A stretch of DNA of 64,000 nt. Origin: Mizuhopecten yessoensis (Eukaryota). The notes under the pieces are model-generated. The model was not told the origin of the DNA. It saw nothing but the letters and a program-made list of their open reading frames with translations, and did not search any database. The DNA is taken from positions 4,756-68,755 of the forward strand of contig NW_018404823.1 in assembly GCF_002113885.1 (NCBI RefSeq), given 5' to 3'. Shown one piece after another: positions 53,390-64,000 of this stretch. A program made the position numbers and the translations under genes. Within the stretch, counting starts at the first letter, position 1, and the number at the start of each line of letters is the position of its first letter.

Positions 53390-53770
53390 ATTAATGCAAT
53401 CATTTTAAGTGATTTATATAGTCACTTGAAATAATCAATACTGCCAGTGAAAATAATAAATAAAGTCGGTTACAGTAATAAATAGAGTCATTTCAAGTCA
53501 TTAATAAAGGTGTTTAAAATAATCAATATAGTCATTTAAAATAATTAATATAGTGATTTAAATTCATTAATATAGTCATTTAAAATAATTAATATAGTCA
53601 TTTAAAATAACTAATATAGTATTTGAAACAATTAATATCGTCATTTAGAATAATTAAGTGTGTCCCTGGATGAAATAAATATACTAGCTTAAAGTAATCA
53701 ATATAGACAATAAAATGTTGAAATATGTATGCAGTTTCTTAAAATAATTGATTTAGTCTCTTAAATGTAT
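53390..53770. repeat. 22-bp AT-rich minisatellite
   Basis: Unit AATATAGTCATTTAAAATAATT; period 22 (53525 to 53547); decays at both edges. Confidence 0.85.
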
Positions 53771-56700
53771 TAAAATTGAAACTTATTTCAGATTGATACA
53801 TATGATGGAATCGTCATATTAATTGACTGTGTTTATATCGCGTTTCTTTTGTAAAATTGAATTAAAACGAATAGGCTCTATGCATTTCATTTTCTTTCCG
53901 ACACATTGTGCCTTTCATTTTAACTTGATGGCCTAACAAAACGACATATTGTTATTGTTTTCTCTGATGTTTATTAAACGTTGCAATCTTTCATTACTTA
54001 ACTGCAATACTTTTATATTATTTGTTTCAATTGGATGCATATTGCTAAGCCTTTGTGATCATACAGAATGCGAGGAAGTCCGAATGATATATTAACTATA
54101 GGGAGTGCTTTGCCATCATTAAGTGCACAGCTGGGAGCTCTCTATGTTGTTCAATAAGTTCTTTAGATAATATTCGTGATGGATAAGTTTTAACGAGAAT
54201 GCATCTAAAAGGTTTGATGATGGTTATAAATCAACCATTGCGTCTACATTGAATTATTTGAAACAGCTGGCATGAGCTTTTCTATAGTGTCTACCCTGCA
54301 TCAATAAACCCAATAACGGTACAGACAAGCGATAGTTACTCTTAAAAACAGGGGTACATGACAATTATTTTAAGCCATTTGTTAATTTCGCAGGAATTTG
54401 TTTGATACGCAGCAAATAGGTTTAAGCAATGGAATCGGGGAAATTCTTTTTACAGAGGTGCGAGCTGATTCAAGAACAGTTCGGGATGATTCGGTGAATG
54501 TTTGAAAACGACAGAAAAAGTACAAAGGTACTTAAGTCAATTGTCCTTTCCAAACGTTTATATGTGTCACTTATTAACAGGGAGCAGAAATAAACTTGGT
54601 GGGGCTTTAGAGTAGTTTGAGTAAGTTGGATATTTTAACATTGACGCTATCAGATACATGAAAGCTAATGAACATGGCAAATGCGTATTTCCGGAGAAGT
54701 AGAATAAATATGTGTTACGCATGCCCGGTATGGTTGGCATTCCGGTTGGTATGGATCATGGACTACCGTTAATGTCCCGTTCGTTGGGACAGGAAAAGGA
54801 CATTTGTCTTCATAGTACCGTCAGATGCATTAAGAAAAATGCTTGCGTTAACAGGGCACTCACTTTACACCATAGATGCAGAGTGTGCAGTGTTCGTCTC
54901 ACCGCTTTCCTTAATCAATGAAACCTTCCAAAAGAATGAAGTATGCGTATTTGCATCTTTAAGGTTTTATTACGCTAATCACTTTGAATTAAAGTCGAAG
55001 TGGCATATATGCATTTGTCTAAGAAAACATTGCTTTGAACTGGAATTTAACGTGTCTTAAGTTACTCATTACACTATAGGAACACACTATAAAAGTCGCA
55101 AGCGTGTATTTAGTCTCACTCCTAAATGAACTATATGTACGAAGAATTGATGGAATCCACATTCTCAGGAGCACCCTATTTTATTATGATATAAATTGCT
55201 CTCACAAACACCCAACAAACACGCTAAACATCGACGCACAATTAACGACAAAGTCAATCTTACGGAAATAAATTACACAGGAATATAATTATAGCTAAAA
55301 CAAACTCTCTTTGAAAACAATTTATTCTTCAAATTAAAAAAAGAAATCGATTTGTCATAAAATTACTCACACTATCGAAGTGGCAAACTTCTATAAGACA
55401 CTTCATCAGGGCTAATTTATTAACACAAGACGTGCACAACAAAATGAGATTTAATTTGTATTTTTGTTTCGTATTTCTTTATCACTTTGAAAATTAGTTT
55501 TATTTGAAATGCAACTGTGTTAATACAATCCTTCAATTAAATGCCCATGTTACTAGCCTGCACGTGAAGATCGAGATTGTGCATGTTATTCTGAAAAATT
55601 CAAGCTTTCAATCAAGCGCCGACGTGACGAAGAACAATGATGGCTGCCAATTTGACAGCGGTTATCGTCGGAGAGATCAGTGTTTTAATGAGAAACACAC
55701 AGAGTCGTGTCCTAGCAAAGCGACTAGCGTATTAAAGCTCCTTAATGAACGAGACATTTTAGGGGATATTTCCATTTAGGGATTTAGAAAGTCAATCTGA
55801 TGTGAGCCTTGCAGAAGTCATTGATTCACACAGGAAATCAAGGCGGAGTGGTGGGAGACATTTCTGTGTTGTCAAGGATTCTCCGGAAACAGAAAAAGGG
55901 GAAAAAGCTGTCCATATGAGTAATGGGCATTAGCGCGCTCTCACGTGAAATCAGCCATAGCAAATGAGTAGCTTAGGTAACGTTATAAGAATGACATATA
56001 TGAAAAGGAAGGGAAAAGTTTATGTTACTTAATCGATTTTCCCCAACAGTTATACGATTGGTTTCATTATATGATGCATTCACAGACAGATGGTAGCAGC
56101 GTGTTTATTACAATAGTGAGTGGAGAACAGATCTAATCTGAGATGTTTATTTTCAATCATAAATATTGTGACTACAAGACTACTGTTAAACGTAAGGTAT
56201 GCATACTGGAACGTATCAGCAACTCTTTTCGAAAGGATGTGGTATTCATCTTTCATTCGGGTTTGCAGATATTAATTAATTTCTATTTATTTTAAACGAG
56301 TTTTTTTTTATCTTTTGAGAAAAGGGCTATTGAACTTTCCCAAAAATTCATACTGAATGTTTATACGTTTCAGATTTATTTTATTTTATCAAAACTAAAA
56401 AGGTAAATGTAATAAAATGTCAAATAGATGCAAATTGTCAATTGATAACACATCTGTATTGTTCCTTCTCACAAAGAGTAATTACACATGTCAAAAATGA
56501 AAGGGTTGGATTAATTACCTATTAAACAGCTTTTTAAAGTGACTATCTCTTTGGTGTTATGAGCTCAGGCAAAGCAAATTCTTAGACGTATTGATGTCGT
56601 TGACACTACAGGCAGTGATGTCTGGCGACCGACAAAGGGAAGATGGCACTTTCTTCCGTAAGTATATTAAGTAAAGACGCCAGACATATAAACATTCACA

Positions 56701-59700
56701 AATTTGCACGTTACAATTCCCCAATGCCAGGATAAACACCTTTAGAGTTTTGATTTTACAATAGTACACGTTGCACACGGAAACATGCAGGCGTGTGTTA
56801 ACTCGTGACGTAGAAACCTGCATCGGGTTCAACATTACCGAAGATTCCAAGGAAAAATAAAATCCCATGATGCTCCACTGGGAGCCATCTTCTCTTTCCT
56901 CCTAATTTAATGTAGTTTATGTACGTGACAAACGAACGACTGACCCGCGTCCGCCGTCTAGCTGCATCATCACCAAACAACATGCATTTTACTCATTAAT
57001 CCAATGCGGGCTTAGTCTTTGGTGCCTATTCGATGCGTCTTCCGCGCTCATCCGTATTCCGTCGCCTGTTTTAAGATTATCTGTTTAACGAATAACCATA
57101 TTTTAATTACACGGACAATCCTGTCTAAAGAAAAGCAATGTGGTACAAGAAAGTAAGTACAGTTTCTGAAACCACAAAGATTACGGATGTCAGTTCGAAT
57201 TCCGTCGGCAACGATTTCTTACATTTCAGACACTGGTGCCATAAGGAAGAGATACACAGACATCAATCACTCAATAGTTATCTGGTTTCCTGGAGTAACT
57301 GAATTAAAACATTTGTCTGAGCATGTCCATGTGCTGCCGTGGCGTCCACTATTTGCATAACAATTGTATCAGCGTTGATTCAAATTGATAAGGAAATAGT
57401 AAATCCGTCTGGCTTTTTCTTTTTCTGTCATGGAAAACATCGTTCAAATTTGTCATGCAATCCGTTGAAGTTGTCATGCAGTTTCCTTTGATAATTTGAT
57501 TGGTTGCGGACACAGTTCGTAGTATCAATCAGAAAACATGATGTTACCGTAATCAACAGGTTAACCAAAATCATTAAAAGAATATTTTAATTAAGGAAAC
57601 GTCATTAAAATATCAGAATGTGGTAAAAGGTCAATGAGTGGGACTATAAAAGCATTAACATGACGGATAATACAAACATTATCGAATGACACGTGGTGTC
57701 AATCAGAAAAATCACAAGTAAAAGAAAATAACGATAATATACCATTTTTGTACTGTTATGCTTAAGTGACTGTTGCTTCTCATTACTTTAAATATAGGTT
57801 CACCGTTCTTTCTATATATAGTTGTAAACGCAATACCTTTCAGGCAGAGTTGCCATGAAAATGAAACACAACACTTTAATGTACGATTTCAACGAATATT
57901 TTGTCTCGATAAAAGCCATGCAAACAAAAAATAGAAGGATCGAAGTTGTCTTCATATATCTATATATATAGCCATACTAAATTACATTGGCTAACATAAA
58001 TGACATCACGAATGGTGACAATATACATTTAAAACAATGTCCTGAAGTTTTAAGACCATATCCATTACATTATTCAGTCTATATTACACGTAACTCTAGA
58101 TCTGATCCAGCCAAATTCTTGACTACATGAACGTGTCATTGAAAGAACTGTTTCACACACGTGAACTAATGACTAAAAACGATTCTATTAACAGCAAAGC
58201 ACTGTTACGAACAGAATTAATTTGGTCGATTGACTTTTCTTAATGCATTCGACAACATACACGCAGAAAGCTATTCCAAAATTCCTTGGTAGTCTCTGGG
58301 ATAAGGGGAATATATATTTGACTATGGTTTCGTAGCAAAACAATCATTGCTCCATGTTTTTTTTTTATATCATCAACATAACTAAACTATTATTAATTCC
58401 AACGTCATTTAATGGATTTTCACAAATTGAAATAGGATTAAGATTGCATTTTCGCTCCTCCCCTCTCCAGGAAAGGAACTATCCCTTTATGATTTTGAAA
58501 TGAACGCTTCCAACGAAAACGTGTCGCTAAAGCTTTAAAAATGGATATTACAATTGCTCATCCAATTCCTCTCGATGGAGGCGCTACGCCAGAAACCCAT
58601 TCAATTTCTATCAGTGCAGATACATTGCCGATATAACTATATCATAATTTGATCCTTAGGGACCCAGTGGAGCCTCGACTTCACCAATCAAGAAAATGAA
58701 ACTTCCTCCTTAATTCCTGGAGGTCATAGACAGACCCGTGTGGGTGATCACCGGGCAACACTAAACCGTTAGTCTGTCAGTCTGGATCCGATTTGTGACG
58801 TAAGCACGCCAGTGGTCTCACCTTAAACTACCCTTTAGAGCTCTGCAGGACTAATTTATATATAAGACAACTATATCTCTACAAGGGTTGAAAAAAATCC
58901 GTCTCAAAGTTCACAAAATGAAAACATGATGCACTTCTTTCAGAAGAAGCAAATGAAGTTATATATCTTAATGTTCCTCACCCAATTGAAAAAATACCTC
59001 GTTCAATAACTTGAAATGACACTTGTCAAAAGATTCGTTTCACATCAAATTATTGAACTCGTTTAATAAATTCAATATGACATTGACACTCACGTAACAT
59101 TTTATTTACCGCATAGCATTCATAATTTAACACACACAAAAAAACCTTCAAACATGAGCATGTGTTCTCAGCTGACAGGACTCCGATCAAGGTATTGTCG
59201 TTCCAAGCATTTTAAAGGAAGTTCCACATTTTTTTCTTTCTTTCTTTTTTAAATAATGAACAGTTTTAAATGCTATGCACTCAAATTTATACAAAATAAC
59301 AGCAAAGGCATAATGTGGTATAGTAAATAAAAGTAGTGCTAGCGGTGTAGGAATATGGTTTTGACCAATCGCAGCACCTTTACGTGATTTTTTTAAAATG
59401 TATCCATGGTTAGCGTCAGACGTCGAACACCGGTTAGTTGATCTATAAATGAAGCCAAAGGAAACCCACCGTTATTTAGGTACATGTTGGTAAACAGTAA
59501 CAGGATAGTACCACTGTACACGTGTCAAACTTTACCGTCGTCCGGTCTTCTTGTTACAACTCGTGAAAGGAAAGTAAGGGAAACTGTTATACATGATACC
59601 CGGGCAAACACGTCATCAAGTACCAGGATACTAATTTAAATTCGAATGTGCCAACTGTGAATCAATCGAGAGTTTCGTTTTGTTCTAATTTGTCTCAGTT

Positions 59701-60164
59701 GAAGCGTTATGCCATATATTTAATCCCTATAGAAACAATAGACAAAAGGGAGTCACAGCATCTTACACGGAGACCAACATAGAACCGTGCCGAACATCGA
59801 ACGGCATTGCTTTGTGTATTTACAAGAAAGGTCACGCGTAAAAGAATAATCCACTGTTAGACCATTACATGATTCTCCATAAACAGATATGTAGGTATCC
59901 AAATTATTTTTGTAATCAAAACGAATAAAAAGCCACCACGTCAACAGGTTAGGACAACATCGGAGACAGTAAGACAATACCGGGAACGATGGCGACACCA
60001 AAACAAAAGAAAAGACACCATTAAACAACAAAACAAGAAAAAGGCGATACTTGAAAAACAGATTTAAAGGAAAATACCCAGTAATAATTCATTAAATGAA
60101 AAACAAATCTTTTAAATACTTAAGTTATAACACAAAATTAGCCTGTTTGAGTTCAATTGTATTG

Positions 60165-61890
60165 ATCTTTTTGGAAAACATGTATGATGAAGAAATAAGC
60201 CGTACTGGAAATGTAGAATACTATACCAGTTGGCTGATAGTCAATCTACCGGCAATTTTTACAGTCACACTTTACGTTCATCTGAAAATTGGGATTGCTA
60301 TGTACAAAGGTAGTCGCTTTTGGGAGTAGGAAGTAATAAATGGACTCATTTCATTTTGAGCTATGATTTTATAATGAGAACGATAAATGATACTTTCTTC
60401 GACTTCCTTTTAACTGAATCAACATGAGCTGATATTCAAAATCAGTTTGTATATCTCGCTTGGACATTTTTTCTTCCTACCAACGCTTGTAGACCTGATT
60501 GTGGTCCGGTGCACTGGGACGAGAGTACAATTGATAATGTTGAGTTGAACAAAGGGAAAAGCAACCGCTCATTTTAGGGAGTGCATGTTTCTTATTGTTG
60601 GTGTCTGATATTGGTTAACATAATATGAATCATCTTGTAAAATCTGAATGTAATATGGGCCTAATGAGCATACGAGGTTGACAATCACCAAAACAGACGA
60701 CATGTCAGCCGGTACAGAATCTGGCTTTACAACAATGTGGCTTCACTGGAATGCAGTGAAACTGAAATGATGTATTTTACTTTTTTTGCAGAAAACCGAC
60801 ATCAGACATGGGCATTACATACTGATCGAATGCCCGGATTTGAACTATACAGTTACACATGCATTCATATAATAATTGAAATGTGTTTACAAATACAGAA
60901 CTTTATATATATATATGTATTAATTCCTTCCGTGATTCCGTGATTTTGTCTCGCAGAGATAAATGGGAGTCATTTGCACCTTTATTTTAAAAACATTCAG
61001 ATAAGATTACTTAGAGCATTTAATTAAATCTACAAGAAAAGTGTTTTATATGAAGTTCATAAGATAATCGTCAATATAAACATTGTATGCACCTGTCGAG
61101 AAAATAATTGTAAATCTGATTGGCGAGTCCCATTTAAATATTACGTCATTCTTGAAAGTTCCCTTAAAACCAAACATGGCTGTCAGCAACTTCAGCGATA
61201 GAGGAAACGAATATAATGCGATTAGTGATGTAGGAAGAGCTGGCCATAGTATTAGATGCAGATATTGTTTAACCAGGGAATACTCTATATCAAAGGTTTA
61301 ACGTTGTAGATCAGAAATATCTAGAAAAGATATCAATCTCGGCGACGAAAACTAATGGGAAACAGATAGTGAAGCAAGTACGTTTAGTACTGATCACTGC
61401 GTAAGGAAATTGATGGCTTTAAATTATTACGTGTGTAACGACGAACTCCGCCACTGTATACACGGAGTTTTGGAAGCTTTGTAGTAACATATTTGTGACA
61501 GGCATCCCCCAGTTGATATAGCTTTATCCGCACAAAGATGTGTCTGTGTGCTTGTCATCGGTAGAGTACTATTGATCCAAAGTGCGTGGCCTAAAGGTAT
61601 ACAGGTAACAGTATAAACGGCCATTTTTATACTGAATATACCGGTGATATTTTGCTGTATGCACTAACCGAATCAGTGCTTTTCTCGTCCATTCTCACGA
61701 GAACGAGTGGGGAGACATTCCTGTATTTACTTTGCTACAACCAGCTGTCACATGTCGTCTTACCAATGCTCTCCGTTATGGGGAAGCCTTGTTAAACCCC
61801 GCCATAATCTGCGTTGTCAAGGACGCTGTACCTGCTTCGTGCTCCGGATGTACGTCACGTCCGGTTTAGGATCAGTCGAAATTGACTATC
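60165..61890. repeat. Duplicated unit, copy A (possible THAP-bearing DNA transposon relic)
   Basis: Collinear and highly similar to 62437-64000. Carries about 140 bp (60726-60863) absent from copy B. Confidence 0.9.
61490..61766 (-). pseudogene. Decayed THAP-domain-like coding relic
   Basis: LVRRHVTAGCSKVNTGMSPHSFS*EWTRKALIRLV resembles the THAP N-terminus M.RRCV..GCS....G.SLH.FP....RK.W...V. Repeated in copy B starting at 63878. Confidence 0.4.
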
Positions 61891-62103
61891 CGCTGCTGCT
61901 ATACTTTGTACAGGAACGTCATATCTATGATAAAGTCTTCTTGGTGTCAAGTGTTCTATTAGATTACGGAAGACACGTTTCAATAAAAATAAAAAGTTAA
62001 AAGAAAACGTCTATATAACGTTAAATTCTACCTTTTAATGTGCGTCAAAATATTTGTATTATGTGTGTGCGTTTACTGCATATTAGCCTCTCGGTATTTT
62101 CAT

Positions 62104-62170
62104 GTCAGAGCGGGATTCGAACCCGAGTCCTCCGAAATCTAGGCGGACGCTGCAACTAAATTTACTACAC
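62104..62170 (-). mobile_element. tRNA-derived SINE head
   Basis: B box GGTTCGAATCCC with a degenerate A box; no complete cloverleaf. Confidence 0.65.
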
Positions 62171-62436
62171 TACTGTTTGCACATGCATGTCATGCGCTCT
62201 AGATCTAGAGATGTTAAAATTAATAAACACTTACCTCGCCATATTATGACGATGTTCACTTGCCTAAAGTGATACAGCTATGAAATTGATGTTATTAAAA
62301 ATAGCAGGAAGCGTAGCATCTGCTTCGGATGAAATAACGTTTCCTGTCGCACATGCAGCGAAATAAATTGTGTCATGTTATAATGAAAATGCTGTAAAAT
62401 GTGTTGGTCAATTAAAGTCTTAGATAAATGCAAAAT

Positions 62437-64000
62437 GTCTTTTTGAAAACATTTATGCTGAAGAAATAAGCCATACTGGAAATGTAGAACTAGACAATAC
62501 TTTACCAGTTGGCTGGTAGTCAATCTACCGGCAATATTCACAGTCATACTTTACGTTCATCTGAAAATTGGGATTGCTCTGTACAAAGGTAGTCGCTTTT
62601 GGGAGTAGGAAGTAATAAAGGAACTCATTTTGAGCTAGTATTTTATAATGAGAACGATAAATGATACTTTCTTCGACTTCCTTTTAACTGAATCAACGTG
62701 AGCTGATATTTTAAAATCAGTTTGTATATCTCGCTTGGACATTTTTTCTTCCTACCAACGATTGGAGACCTGCTTGTGGTCCGGTGCACTGGGACGAGAG
62801 TACAATTGATAATGTTGAGTTGAACAAAAGGAAAAGCAACCGCTCATTTTAGGGAGTGCATGTTTCTTATTGTTGGTGTCTGATATTGGTGAACATAATA
62901 TGAATCATCTTATCAAATCTGAATGTAATATGGGCCTAATGAGTATACGGGGTTGACAATCACCAGAACAGACGACATGTCAGCCGGTACGGAATCTGGC
63001 TTCATATTTTAATTGAAATGTGTTTACAAATACAGAACTTTATATATATATATTCATTTATTCCGTGATTACGTGATATTGTCTCACAGAGATTAATGGG
63101 AGTCATTTGCGCCTTTATTTTCACATTCAAATAAGGTTTCTGAGAGCAATTAATTAAATCTACAAGAAAAATGTTATACATGATGTTCATAAGATTATCG
63201 TCAGAACCAACCTTTAATGAACCTGTCGAGAAAACAATTTTAAATCTGATTGGCGAGTCCCATTTGAATATTACGTCATTCTTGAAAGTTCCCTTATAAC
63301 CAAACATGGCTGACAGCAACTTCAGCGATAGAGGAAACGAATATAATGCGATTAGTGATTTAGAAAGAGCTGGCCATAGTATCAGAGTCAGATATTGTTT
63401 AACCAGGGAATACTCTATATCAAAGTTTAACGTTGTAGATCAGAAATATCTGAAGAAGATATCAATCTCGGCGACGAAAGCTAATGGGAAACATAATGGT
63501 GAAACAAGTACATTTAGTACTGATCACTGCGTGAGGGAATTGATGGCTTTAAATTACTACGTGTCTGACGACGAGCTCCGCCACTGAATACACGAAGGTT
63601 AGGAAGCTTCGTAGTAACATATTCCCCAGTAGATATAGCTTTATCCGCACAAATATGTGTCTGTGTGCTTGTCATCGGTAGAGTATTATTGATCCAAAGT
63701 GCGTGGACTAAAGGCTCAAACAGTATAAACGGCTTTTTTTATACTGAATATACCAGTGATATTTTGCTGTATGCACTAACCGAATCAGTGCTTTTCTCGT
63801 CCATTCTCACGAGCACGAGTGGGGAGACATTCCTGTATTTACTTTGCTACAACCAGCTATCACATGTCGTCTTACCAATGCTCTCCGTTATGGGGAAGCC
63901 TTGTTCAACCCCGCCATAATCTGCGTTGTCAAGGACGCTGTACCTGCTTCGTGCTCCGGATGTACGTCATGACCGGTTTAGGATCAGTCAAAATTAGCTA
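62437..64000. repeat. Duplicated unit, copy B (runs off the window end)
   Basis: Direct copy of 60165-61890. Confidence 0.9.

Noticed and set aside
56569-56657. Plus-strand exon AKQILRRIDVVDTTGSDVW... with a GTAAGT donor
   Set aside because: Weak acceptor, no partner exons, and the DTTGS similarity is too short.

Overview
AT-rich eukaryotic genomic DNA, not prokaryotic. The repeat inventory (CR1/L2-group and RTE-X-like LINEs, a Penelope-like RT, CORE/Meta-type tRNA SINEs, many MITEs) points to a lophotrochozoan, probably a bivalve mollusc; this is inference. There are two assembly gaps (79-746, 23560-23661). I see no complete protein-coding gene, and nearly all ORFs in the supplied track are spurious. 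The window reads as intronic/intergenic DNA around a minus-strand host gene. One convincing exon of that gene is visible (25158-25376), with a probable upstream donor at 27059. Well-supported content: a near full-length decayed APE-RT LINE whose ORF2 carries a 2A-like DIESNPGP motif (about 3400-7284); two more LINE fragments, each hit by a nested insertion; a Penelope-like RT relic and dispersed copies of its structured 3' motif; MITEs with 9-bp, TA, TTA and 7-8-bp target duplications; a double-hairpin element capped by GCGAAGC; several minisatellites; and two copies of a roughly 1.7-kb unit with a THAP-like relic at the window end. I cannot claim a confirmed new biological system. The best leads are the 2A-bearing LINE leader, the unidentified exon, the GCGAAGC double-hairpin element, the THAP-like duplicated unit and the Penelope 3' RNA motif. 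All family assignments come from motif recognition by eye, not database searches.
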